A DNA stretch of 57,174 nt, filler included, from Sphacelaria rigidula (Eukaryota), in assembly GCA_964200075.2 (NCBI GenBank). It is 6 parts of 6 records of this genome, joined end to end, with 100 filler letters (N's around TTAATTAATTAA, not from the genome) between each part and the next. Parts side by side here need not be neighbours in the genome. Positions count along the whole stretch, not along the records: positions 1 to 9,446 come from CAXNAA020008477.1; positions 9,547 to 18,992 come from CAXNAA020008478.1; 4 more parts are not named here. The stretch is one strand, 5' to 3'. The notes beneath the pieces are model-generated. The model saw only the letters and a program-made list of their open reading frames with translations. It had not been told where the DNA came from and did not search any database. Positions 1 through 11,375 of this stretch are shown here, piece after piece; within the stretch, counting starts at the first letter, position 1; the number at the start of each line of letters is the position of its first letter. A program made the translations under genes and the position numbers.

Positions 1-3000
1 GATCGCTGCATCGTATCGGATGATAGTCTTGTCGTTCATCGAACCGGCATAGCCCTTGGTCGCGGCCAGGACTCGCCCGGTGTGATCCACAATCGCTTGG
101 TACGCGATGGTCGCGAAACCCTCCTTCCCAGTGTACTGCTTCTCCCATGAATACGGGCAGGCTGCCCATTTTATGTGGGTGACATCGGTGGAGCCGATCG
201 CTCCCGTGAATCCGAGATGATCATCATGCGCCATCACCTGCTTAATTCGCAAATAGAGAGCAATCGAGTAGGTCAGGAGGAGAGACTCTGGGAGCAATCG
301 CGGCGACAAGACACCCTTAGCTTCCCGTTTTGTAGGATTCGTACTGTAGTATGACGCAGTGAGACAATTCGTTATTTTTGCAGTGTTGATTGGACAGATT
401 ATCCGCAGGGGCGTCCCGGTTTACAACAAAAGTAGTGGTTGAGCAGCACAGTCGTAGTTACCGAAACCCAAATTAATATGGCGTGTCGCACCTGTCAATA
501 GCGACCAGCGAGTGGAGAAATGGTGCCATACTCGAAGACGTGGTGTCCATACGAATTTTATAATTCTCCGCGTCCTCACCCTTCATAAAAAAACCCCATG
601 CGGACGAGTCAATACTCGTCGAGAGCGGCGCAGTCGCGGATGTTTCTTGAAACCACAATGAGCGTGACTCGTGTGCTCGAGTCATTACTTTTTCTTGTGA
701 CGAGCAGTCAATCCAGTGCTGGCCGTATTACTTTTTCCACAACGAGCAACGACCCGAGTGCTCGCACTATTCATTTTTTTCCACAACGAGCAACGACCCG
801 AGTGCTCGCCCCATTGTATTTTCAAGGATCAATTACTCGAGTGGCTCGACATCGATCAATGGCTCGAGTACTCGCCCTGATAATGTTTACCGCCAACGAG
901 CAGCCCAACGAGCGCGACTGCCGCGAGTCGTACTCGTGCTTTTCACATGTGTGAAAAACCCCGTCCTCAATTTCCATGATCAGCTGATATTCGCGGACAA
1001 CAACACGTTTGTAGTACTTACTCTGTATTGCAGCCACTGCAGCAAATAAAGCTTGAGCCTCAGCCAGCGATCACTCTGGGCACGGCGGTGTGCAGTCATG
1101 CAGCGGCACAGAGGTAATGCACAACCGCAGGTAGGTACCCACCAGAAAATCCATTATCCCGCTGATTGCTCAACCAGTGAGCATCTTCTTGTGCGCCGAC
1201 ATTGGTCATCTTCCGATAATGCACACTGCAGTGTAAGAATTATCGTACAATCCCTGTAGTCATGTACTGTTCGCGAATACGTGCTGGCTATTGCGCCATA
1301 CCCTCTCGGGGGCGGGGGGAGAGGGGGGGGAGGGGTCCTCGCGCCGAGGGGCTGATGGGTCCGGGACCCGTTTCTGATATCCCAACGCTGCATTGTCGAA
1401 GACAGATTTCTCATCCGCCGAGACTCTTGCATCTTTCAATATCTTATCGTGAATTTCGGTCCGATCTGCGCTAAATTTACTCTCATCAGTTTCTTTAAAG
1501 CTGCAAGTGTTCAGCCTCGAATTCGTAACGGGTTGATTCGAAAGTGCTGTCGCCACCCGTACAGCAGCTAAACACAAGTTCCTGAAGCTGTTTCGACCAC
1601 ATCATGTACTGTCCAACAGTGTTTCTGTTGCTTCGCACCCTTGCCCGCACTCGGGTACACGCGCGCGCCCCTTCTGCGTGCAGTCGGGCGCCTGAGGGGG
1701 TGGCAAACGCAAATCGTCGATCGTGCGGGGTTGCACACTCCAATGATCTGAAACAATAACGTGCACACTCACTTCGAATCAAAACTCAGGAAAATTCACT
1801 GCAGTCTATCAAACTGATTTCGCGATGCATCTGCATGCACGCGACACGCATCTAGACCACATCCTTGAAGCGATTATTACCTCGTCCTGGTCATATCCTG
1901 TTGGCAGATGTACGTGTTCACGGCAAAACTCCTGAGCGAATAGCTTGTTGAACTTGTGGAAGGAGCTCTGTATCGTTTTCTCACTCATGTGTGGCGCCTG
2001 GGTCATGTCTTCGAAGAAGTTGCCCCTCCCTAAAATGTGCAGCGATGACAGGACCTGACCATCACATGCAAATGAAAATATCACGAAGCGATGAGCAATG
2101 AGTCGCCAACCGACTAAGCATTTTACCGCGAGGGTTGGTCACCTGCCGAGTCGGCATCAACTTTAACTCGAGAAAATAATGCATGCTCCAGATGGGCTGT
2201 CCTCGTCGTCTAGGGGGTGAAGCCATGACATTTTTTGCCGCAATACGATGCCAGGAAAGAAAAACAGCCTCCGCTCCCCTACGCGCATCTCCTGTTTTTC
2301 TACTATACAGTACCAAGACAACACGGCAGCCTGCAGACCGTATGTGCAACAGTCGGACTCTATCGTTGTCAGTAAGTCACTACAACAATAGAGGACAGAT
2401 CACGCGAGCTTTCCGCTCATGGGACATCCCTCCGGTGCTTACGAGGGAGTGTGCACCAGGTACCCTGGAAATGAGGTGCGACGGTAGCAACCACTACATA
2501 CAGCAGGTTTGAGCTGACCTATTTCCAGATGCCCCCGCATGGCCTTCACGACACTGGTTCAAAGCAGTACTGTTGTAGGCGGGCGTGCAATGAAGAATCG
2601 AGGCTTGTAAGGAGGGCGGAATTAATCCGAGAGGCAGGTGGCAGAGACAGAAAAAAAGTAACGCCGTCGACTTCCTGGTGTGTACTCAGTGGTGTCGCCA
2701 TGGACCCCACGGACTGTAATATTTTATCCACGCACAGCAAAGCTCGGAAGGACACACAGGCACAAAGTGACACGCCTTACCGCCTATGCAGCACGTGTGC
2801 CAAAGCGCGGAAGACACACACGTGCGCCCACACCTCTGCGGGTCAGGTTTGCACTAGCGTCAATAAAACTGATAATTTACATGCATCCCCCCGCTACATG
2901 TGTGAATGCCCGCACCCGGTCCGCATACAAAAACCATTGCCCACATCCAAAAATCCTTACACTCTGTTATGGAATTTTCGCTCGTGGATGTCTCCACCGT

Positions 3001-4244
3001 GCGTGATGGATATGGTGGTAAACTTCGCGCACTGATAGGACACAACACGGACGGCATGTACCGCGATCGGCTGCACGTTCGGGCCGACCTACATACTGCA
3101 CAAAGCGAATACGGATTTTATGCAGTACCCTCGATGAGTCATGCCACGGTAGGGGTTGCACAGTCGGGCAAAGAACGTCGGCCGACAATATGGGTAAGGA
3201 CGTTCCCGTTTTAGAATATATTCCGTAAATCCCTCGCCCACTTGAATTCTATCTCTGGCGTGTTCTCACATTTTTAATGAGTCGTCTTTTTCATGACATG
3301 AGGGCCTCCTGCGAATGCAAACCTCGCGACTATTTTGTGCATCCCTACCGTGGCATTACTCCGATACGCCTGTGACGTGGCCTCCACGCAGCCCAGACTT
3401 CGCGCACTGTTTGTGACTGCGTACATGGACACGCTGGTGCACTAATTTGCGCCTCATGGTCGGCTTCTGCGCTGGGGAACACACGTCAATCGGTACTTGG
3501 ACACCGACTGGAAAATGACAGCCTGTACAAACTCGTGCACCTATCGCCTGTAGGGGCGCTGAGTTCGGGAGGCACGGCCGTACGCGCGCTGTAGGCCCTG
3601 CAAAGCGCTGAAAGTTCGGACCTATGTCATGTGGACTGCATTCGACAAGTGCATGTGGCTGCATCTGCGGTCACGCGCTGCACCAGGGCGCAGCGGGGAG
3701 GCAAGATATCTTATTTCGGTCCGAAAATTGTTTTCTATATCATTTCGTTGTAAACGCGGCGTACGCCGCTCCTGCCCGACATGCTGTGCAGTGACGACGG
3801 AGCACACCAGATGCACAAAGTCGGAGATGCTGCTGCTGTACACACGCCAAATAAAATACAATACACCCACAACCACAGCTCTTTCTCGTCTCTCGACAGG
3901 TGCAACATGTTCACCTTTAGCTCCACTGGGATGCACATGCGCCCTGCCACATCTCTTTCCGTCGCCGGGAACCATTTCTTTGCTTTCACGGCTTTGATCA
4001 GCTCCTTGAGGAACTGATGCGGGATCCGGAAGCGCCTCCGGAATAATCTGGCCTCTCTCGATCCTGGGTCATCGAGACCCGTCTCGCCAAGCATGCGCCA
4101 CCAAAACGAAGCACGATAGTCGGGTCGGGGATAGACCCGCCTCCTACGCTTCACCCGGGGAGCGCTGCTGTCGTCGCTCTCGTCCGACTCGGCATCTTCG
4201 TCGAACGATCGCAAAATCACCTGCCAGACTGCGACAGTGCGCAT
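1..4244 (-). CDS. PIF/Harbinger-type DDE transposase (DDE_Tnp_4/HARBI1-like), spliced, 3'-partial; exons ~4244-3915, 2054-1881, 237-<1
   Basis: Exon 1 encodes YPRPDY..FWWRML...ARLFRRRFRIP...CIPVELK and ends AAG|gtgaac. Exon 2 (cag|GTC...GAG|gtaata, 174 nt) encodes VLSSLHILGRGNFFEDM...SEKTIQSSFHKF (HTH-like). Exon 3 (cag|GTG) encodes LGFTGAIGSTDVTHIKW...YTGKEG...VDHTGR...AGSMNDKTI, the typical Harbinger core with the first two catalytic Asp. All junctions are phase 0 GT-AG. The start codon is uncertain. Confidence 0.9.
597..953. mobile_element. Non-autonomous DNA transposon (MITE) with 8-9 bp target duplication, in transposase intron 2
   Basis: AAAAACCCC at 589-597 and 954-962 flanks a segment with CA...TG ends, imperfect terminal inverted similarity (ACGAGT..ACTCG..CAGTCGCG) and many ACGAG/CTCG subterminal motifs. 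Confidence 0.6.
2529..3880 (+). pseudogene. Decayed Cys-rich gene nested antisense in transposase intron 1
   Basis: Candidate exon 2529-2846 (ttccag|...CAG|gtttgc) splices in phase to 3039 (ctgatag|). Removing the MITE at 3136-3361 plus one TSD copy keeps the same frame through to ORF 3629. Multiple Cys pairs (CRRAC, CSTC, CTAIGC, CTNSC, CRPC, CPTC); three in-frame stops after the MITE. Confidence 0.4.
3136..3361. mobile_element. 226-bp MITE with GAG...CTC termini and 4-bp TSD (Sola2-like)
   Basis: TIRs GAGTCATGCCACGGTAGGGGTTGCACA / TGTGCATCCCTACCGTGGCATTACTC; CGAT duplicated at 3132-3135 and 3362-3365. Related termini occur at ~19472-19730, 25101 and 33475. Confidence 0.8.
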
Positions 4245-4669
4245 CACATGTCTCCTCTCTCCGCGTCTCTGCAACGCTTTTGCCAGGAGATTGACGCCCG
4301 AGGCGTGTCGATCGTTATGTTATACGCTCGAAGCGGGCTCCATCGCGAGTCGGCTGCAGCGTGTGACTGCTTCGTGTGTTTGTTGATTGTGGTCGACAGT
4401 ATCGCCCCAAAAGGCGCAGCCGACACGCCGGCACACGAGGAAAAACGCGGCGTGACCCCATTATGGCGGTCCACCAGCCAAAACGTAAAAATCCGGGTGA
4501 AAAAATCTGTGCTTGCCGACCCCCTCCAGTTTGCCCAAAATTCTGCGGGAGTCGGGCCGCGAATCTTGGCCCCGGATTTTTTCACCCAAAATTTCGATAA
4601 ATCTGTACCCATAACATGAGTGTCACACGAATTTTGAAGATCCGGGGCCGAAGGTCTGTTGCCATAACA

Positions 4670-5157
4670 TCCGGCCTAACTCACCGAGAGATGAGAAAAA
4701 AAAAACAAGGGATGAAATGTTTGGGTCTTCGCACATACGTCCTGTACATCGTGTCAAAATTTCATCCAAAAATACTTGAAATTGCGCTACATATTTGCGT
4801 TCTATTATTATGATTATTCGTGGATGGTCCACCTTCACATAGTAACTGCTTGTCGACGGAACGACGCATTTTCTTCGCTCAATTTCGAATCGTTTTCGAT
4901 GAAATTTTGACACGATCTACAGGACGTATGTGCAAACAGCTGAGACCTTCCATCCCCTGTTTTTTTTATCTTCTTCGTGAGTTATTGGCGGAGTAACATT
5001 TCAGAACAGTTTTGTTTTAGAAAAGATTGCCAATAACTCACGAAGAGAAAAAGGAAAAAAAACAGGGGGTGGAAGATCAGCTGTTCGTACATACGTCCTG
5101 TACACCGTTTCAACGTTTCATCGAAAACGGTCCAAAATTGAGCGAAGAAAATGCGTT
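4670..5157. repeat. Three copies of a ~125-bp unit in alternating orientation (+,-,+)
   Basis: CATACGTCCTGTACA...TTTCATC core at ~4733, inverted at ~4900-4930, and direct again at ~5090; GCCAATAAC/GTTATTGGC ends. Confidence 0.8.
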
Positions 5158-5436
5158 TCAGCATTCTTGGTGCCTTCTTGGGCGGACCAGCCTGCATCAC
5201 GTCGCGTTCTCACATTTTTGGACTCGATAAAACAGGCCCTTTTAGTTAGTATTTCAACGAAACAAGGAAAATGATGATCATTTCGTAATAGTGATGGTGA
5301 GGTGACGGCTCACAACTTCATCATCACGAGAAATCACACACCGTTTTTATCGAGTATGCTAGGGTGGGAAATAAATGATACAGAACCGGTAGAACAGCAC
5401 GCGAACAGACCAGCGATTTCAAGGAGGGCGACAATC

Positions 5437-6890
5437 ACGTGCAAGGGGGTATGGGTATTGTCGCAGGTCAAAACGCGGACCGCCTTCCACACGAGAAGAA
5501 GGAACAGCAGCAGTATCAGCAGCATCGTTATTGCCAGCACATGTACGCGGCTGGGGGTGGGTCTAAATCAGCCGGTGCCGATACTGCTGCTGCTGCTGCT
5601 GCTGCTGCCATTCTTACTCATGAGAGAAACGGTCCGCGTTCGTGCTACAACCCCCACGCACCTCGCACGTGATATCCACGGTGCTGGAAAGCGCTGGTCC
5701 GTACTACCCGTCGATCGGTCTATGCTTGCTTACTAGGGTAAGTTTTGGGAGATATAGCTGCGCGCATCTTTGTGTGCCAGCTGTGCACGTCGGGTATGTC
5801 TCGCACGCGTGGGTGCTGCTCTGATGGAAATGAAACCAGCGTCCAATACAGGGGAAATCAAGCGATATGTACTCGTACTGGAAACGCTACTACTGCCGTC
5901 TGTATGGGGGTAACAACAGATCGTAGCCTATTTTAAATAATACCGTACTCGTAGGAGGGGGCAAAAACGCGCCAGGTCATGGGTATTGTCGCACGTCGAA
6001 ACGCGGACCGCCTCCCGCACGAGAAGCAGCACCAGTAGCAGCAGCAGCACCAGTATCTTTGTTGCCAGTAAATGTGTACGGCCAGGGGTGGGTCTGGATC
6101 AGCCGGTGCCGATACTGCCGACTGCTGCTGCCGACTGCTGCTGCCGCCATTTTTCCTCATGCGAGAGACAGTGCGCGTTTCAATCGTGCTACAACGCCCA
6201 CCCACCTGGCGCGTGATAGCTACCATGCCGGAAAGCGCTGATCCGTACTGCCCGCTGATGAGTCAATGCTCTTTCACCAGGCTTGGAGCTAGAAGATTCA
6301 GCTGTGTGCATCTCTCTGTGCGAGCTGTACACATCGGGTGTGTCTCGCACGCGTGGCTTCTGCTGGTGAAGGCGTTGATAGAATATAGCCAGCGTCCAAT
6401 ACAGCGGGAATCAAGTGAAATGTACTTGTACTGAAATGCTACAACAGTATACTGATACAATATCAGGGTAACTACACGCCAGCAGATCATGATCGATTTC
6501 ACGTGGGGAGGCGGAAATAACGCGCCAGGTCGATGAGTATCGTCGCACGTCGAAACGCGGACCACCTTCCGCACGAGAAGCAGCAGCAGCAGAAGCAGCA
6601 TCTTCATTGCCAGGATATGTGTACGGTTGGGGGTGGTTTTGAATCAGCTGGTACCGATGCTGCTGCTGCTGCTCTTCATCGTAGACGGTCCGCGTTTCGA
6701 CCGTGCGACAACAGCCACGCACCTCGCGAGTGATGGCCACTGTGCTAGGCAGCGGTGGTACGTACTACCCGCCAATGGGTCCATGCTTGCTTACTCGACA
6801 ATTTTCTGGCGGGGAAAGCTGGGCGCATCTCTCCGGGGGAGTTGTGCACGTGGAGTGTATCTGTCTCCCACGCGTGGCTACTGCTGGTGA
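5437..6890. repeat. Degenerate tandem array, 3 x ~530-555 bp, each unit containing a ~210-250 nt inverted repeat
   Basis: ATGRGTATYGTCGCA(C/G)GTCRAAACGCGGACC at 5450, 5979 and 6533. In each unit the CAG-rich arm is complementary to the CTG-rich arm. Confidence 0.85.
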
Positions 6891-7421
6891 TGGGGTGAAC
6901 CCAACGTGGCCACTGCTAGTGACCGGATGCCAACTGTGTGTCCCATGAAAAGCTCAACAGCCCACTTCTTCCAACCATGTCATGTTCCTCTTCGCATTCT
7001 CACGAGAATGTCCCTCCGCTCTCACGAAAATTGATTCCCCAAACATTTATTTTCGAGAGAGTGATTTTGGGGGAGGTGAGAATGTGGTATCAACTGACAG
7101 CCAATCGGAATCATGGCAAAAAAACAAAAATCCCCAACCGTCATGATCACTATCACCATCACGTCGCGTTCTCACATTATAATCACTGTCATGTCGGCGC
7201 TGTGTTATCTCTTTGCGTCTTGTCTGCAGCAGTACAGACATTTTGGACTAACGGCCACTTCAAGAACCGCCGCATTATTCACCTGTGCGCAGATCTGGGC
7301 TTCGATCTGAACAAAACTGCCTGTCGATAAGACACAGCACTGGTCGTTGTGGGGCAATCACTTCCCCAAAGTGATTTTTTGAAAAGTGATAGTCACTTCT
7401 GATAAGACGCCGCCTGAGGTG

Positions 7422-8754
7422 GAGCCTGGTATCATATCAACTTTTCGAGATATAGTGTATCTATATATTCCCCTCCCAAAAAAGGTGAGATGTCATAAAA
7501 GTTGACATATTTGTAGTCATGTTCATACACCCCCCATTTTTCCATATATGGCTATGAATCTGATATATTTAGGGTATATGATATATAGGGGTATATATAC
7601 TATATATACCATATACACTATACTATATAATATATCACGTGATTTCTGGCCTTTGTGACGTGTATCACGTGGAATCTGACCTATATGATGATGAAATAAC
7701 CTGATATTTGACCTATATGGAACATAATCATGTGATGTACTACATATATGATAAGATATGCCTGACCTGTGATACGTCCTGAAGGTCGGAGGTCGGAGGG
7801 ATCACGTGTGGGGCGCCAGCAATAATGAAAAAGGAACATGAATACCGATATAGTCTGCATGTATAATATATTTCGCGTTTTCCAGTGATACTCTCGCATC
7901 TATGTACCTGTCGCCGTGTCACATCAGTACCTGCCGTTGACGGGCAACTGTGCGCAGTGTGGCAATTGTATTGGTGACTCCACCAAACGCACCTGCCCTG
8001 AGGTCATGTGCTCATGTGTATATTTTGTCCAAGGCGTGCACAACTCCGAAACCCCAAGAAAATAAATTTCAAGCCACCCGCTAGCTACCTCCCGCCCCCA
8101 ACTCGTTTCGAGAAGTACGTGCCGATCCTCATCCGATAGTCTCTACTGCGCTCATTTTTTTGCAATAACACTGCCGTGGAGGACTACGATTACCACAGAT
8201 GCTCGTTAGAGTGAAGGAAAATGATGTTTTCGGCGATGTCGTCTGAAAGACTCGCGCGTTTCACGGTGATAGTGTTCCCTGCTACCGACTCGCGTCGAAA
8301 CTTCACCTCAGTAATAAAAACTTTGACAGACGTGTGCGTCCCCTTTTGTGTACAGTAGGCGGTCCAAGTTATCGCGCACTGTATAGCACAGATTGCACCG
8401 ATAGAAGCCGCTATCTTACATGCATCACGTCATACAGTCATATATACAGTGTAGATCACCTGATATAGCCTTGTATAGGCTACAAACTGATCACTATCAC
8501 CTGATATAGGTATGTATAGTACCTGCTATAGGCCTATATATCACCTGATATGGGCCTCTATATCATATACCACATATCATATACCCTTCTCGTCACATGT
8601 TGCTGAAAAAGCTCTATATAGGGTAAACGATACAAAGTCATGAAAAATATCATTTTATATCATATACCCTCCGAAAAAACATGACTAGGGAATATGAAAT
8701 ATCATCTAGTACAGGGGGGTATATATAGGCTAGGCCTATATCTATACCAGCCTC
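7422..8754. mobile_element. Putative non-autonomous TIR element with AT-rich subterminal repeats
   Basis: Ends GAGCCTGGTATCATAT / ATATCTATACCAGCCTC form an imperfect TIR. Both ~330-bp subterminal regions are rich in TATAG/CACCTGATAT motifs around a more GC-rich core. No TSD visible. Confidence 0.5.
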
Positions 8755-8948
8755 TAGCCGACACACCTAGCCACGAAAACAGACGGATAGATATTCATCA
8801 CTCACGCGCATCAGCTCAAGCGCTAGCTCTTGATCATCTACACACGACAGCCTTTGTTTGACGGAAATCCGTCCAGTATTAGATGAAAGGCGGCCGCTTG
8901 CGTGTCAATTAGCAATCCAAAACGTGCTGTTGCTGTCTATTTTTGAGC

Positions 8949-9446
8949 GTGTGCTGTGCGCGCGTCTCACGCAAATCATCATTTCTCACTGAATTCTGAA
9001 CCGATTTGAATAAGGTCACGTACAGCGTGCTCAGCTGATGACCAGCAATGAAGTGTCAGCTGATGAGCAGTAATGAATGGAGCGGTGTGTTTTGGTTTGA
9101 GAGGCTAATGCAATCCTCAGGTTCACGTTTGATTTGTTGACTTGTCTATCAAGACTTCGGTTATGCCCCTGTCAACGGGATGGAAGTCACTTTTGTAGAA
9201 AAGTGATTTTATGACACCTCGAACGGGAACATTAAACATCCCGTCGACAGGGGCATCACCGATGTCTTGACAGACAAGTCAAGACAATCAAACGTGAACC
9301 TGAGGATCGCATTGCCCTCCTAAACCAAAACACACCGCTCCATCCATTGCTGCTCATCAGCTGAGCACGCTGTGCGTGATCTTGCTCAAATCGGTTCAGA
9401 ATTAAGTGAAAAATGATTATTTGCGTGAGACGCGCGCACAGCACAC
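8949..9446. mobile_element. Foldback/long inverted repeat, truncated by contig end
   Basis: 8949-9182 is the near reverse complement of 9237-9446 (GTGTGCTGTGCGCGCGTCTCACGCAAAT...GCCCCTGTCAACGGGATG vs CATCCCGTCGACAGGGGC...GCGTGAGACGCGCGCACAGCACAC), with a ~54-nt loop. Confidence 0.85.
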
Positions 9447-9546
9447 NNNNNNNNNNNNNNNNNNNNNNNNNNNNNNNNNNNNNNNNNNNNTTAATTAATT
9501 AANNNNNNNNNNNNNNNNNNNNNNNNNNNNNNNNNNNNNNNNNNNN
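9447..9546. other. Artificial contig linker
   Basis: N44-TTAATTAATTAA-N44; stops in all six frames. Confidence 0.98.
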
Positions 9547-10879
9547 TTGTGCTTCCGTTGGTCCCACGAAGGGCAAGCGTAGCACTGTACGAACGGACGG
9601 TCGTCAGTAGTGCCAGAACCGGCACTACTGAGGTATTCAGAGCCCTCAATTGCACCTGTTTTGGCACTTTTCAGAGTAGTGCCGGTGTCCGTGGTGGGCA
9701 GATACCGGCACTACTGAGAGCCCCCCCGCTGTATATGCATCGATGTCAGTTTGTGCGTATCTTTCACGGTGCGATACGGCACAAACCTACAATGACCCGT
9801 CCGTGCTGCCATGCCTATCTTACTCGACTCGAAGAAGCTTTCCTCTTCTGGTTGCAGCCCTGTCTAGTGCTTCCTTCTGACAACACTACATTGTCGGTCA
9901 GTGTGACCGTGTGTGAAACACCCATCACATGCAAATTCAATCACCTTAAAGTTGCAGGATTTCACTTCGTAGCACAGTGCACAACAAGGAATGTCAAGAG
10001 TATCCACAATGTAAAGGGATACGTATGCAGCGGTAAGTAATAGGGTACAGGTGTGCACTAAAAAAGGTACATGGATACAAAGATACTGGACAGCGCGAAA
10101 AACAAGAATACATATACAACGTACACCACATCAAACAGTGTCCCCTTTTGGACTCGCTGACGGCCAGTAGTTGCGATTTTGCACTCCGAAAAAGTCAAAT
10201 GGCCAGCTCAGATAGTCGAAACCGGGTATCCATATTCGAAGGTTATTTGACTTTTCCTTACTTTCGAGCATAACGCGTTGATTTCAAAGCTTTCGGGATC
10301 TTCACTGCAGGATTAACTCTGCCAGTGCTACTTCGCCCACAGTGAAGTCATGTAAAAAAAATCGTGTTGGAAGTTCATGCTGGCTTCAACCCTTAGACTG
10401 CGAATCGCCCTCGCATTGACTCAGATGGTCTATGCCACATTTGGGGTTCAGAACAGCTGTCTTCTCGCTACAAAAACACCTCTTCTCCGCAAACATTTGG
10501 ATGTTTGGCATTTACATAGAAAGTAGTGCCGGAGAACCCCCGACCGGGTTTCACCCTTTAGTCAATTGCGTGCAGAGCTCGTATGTGTGCGGTATGTCTT
10601 CGCCGGATACAAACGGCAAGAATCAGTGAGCGTGCCATCTATCTCCACTCAATACAGTGGGCTGCATGCTGCGTATGTCTCCGCTGAGCCTTTCACAACA
10701 GCACCGAAGACAGTAGGAAGCTGTGCTGGCAACACAACGGCGGTCAGACAGGCGGCAAAGACCACTAGCAGAGTAACAAGCACGTTGTTTGTGCCCACGC
10801 TATCTATGCTTGAATTGCCATGACCAAAATGGGAAAATACGGCTCAAAAACAAGGTAGTCGATTTGTAGTCAGCCGGTG

Positions 10880-11375
10880 TCTCAACACATTAGTTTTCGA
10901 TCGAAGTTGTGCGGTGGAAAGCACAAATCCCGATCTGAAAGCAGTAGATTTTACCACTTGGGATGGTGAGAAAATTCTCAGATAGTTCGACTTCATTTTA
11001 GTGTGGACAGCGAAAATCCGTATCTTCAATGGGGCTGTGCTCCAGGCGTGCTCCTAGCTTGCGCAGAACGCGTTTTGGTCGAAATCGGCGAGGTTTGGCA
11101 ACGCACCCTTCGCCTATGTAACACTCTCCACCCCCTCGCCCGAGGGTTCTCGGTGTGCCTTCGTTGGCGTTAGGGTTAGTGTTGGTGTTATAGTTTGTTC
11201 GAAGTTATAAGTTTCTGAGAAAACTCTCACTATCCCAAGTGGTAAACTGACCTCCTAATAGGTCATGATTTCAACCATCTTCAAAATTTTCGACGGTGGT
11301 TGAAATTACGACCCATCAGATCGGGCTTGTTTTCCACCGCACTTTTTCGATCGAAAACTAATGTGCTAAGACAGG
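10880..11375. repeat. Imperfect inverted repeat within a probable non-coding transposon-derived region
   Basis: ACATTAGTTTTCGATCGAA..GTGCGGTGGAAA..CCCGATCTGA..TTTACCACTTGGGAT (10887-10965) is mirrored by ATCCCAAGTGGTAAA..TCAGATCGGG..TTTCCACCGCAC..TTCGATCGAAAACTAATGT (11232-11364). Confidence 0.7.

Larger units (their letters stand above)
1..7414 (-). mobile_element. Putative large Harbinger DNA transposon (one end only)
   Basis: Contains the transposase, alternating inverted repeats (4670-5157) and a tandem array. The candidate end ...GATAAGACGCCGCC|TGA at 7414 gives a GGC terminus followed by a TNA trinucleotide, as typical for Harbinger. The other end is off-contig, so the boundary is inferred. 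Confidence 0.4.

Noticed and set aside
1255-1615. Two TGA stops in the same ACAGTACATGA context, one followed by CTA (readthrough-like)
   Set aside because: Lies in a decayed, frameshifted frame; no SECIS or other support, so treated as coincidence.
5302-6948. Repeated ORFs with Leu/Ala/Gln runs in the tandem array
   Set aside because: Frames differ between units and arise from CAG/CTG runs; no conserved protein.
11168-11185. TTAGGGTTAG telomere-like sequence (also CCCTAACCC at ~25965)
   Set aside because: Fewer than two full units; not an array.
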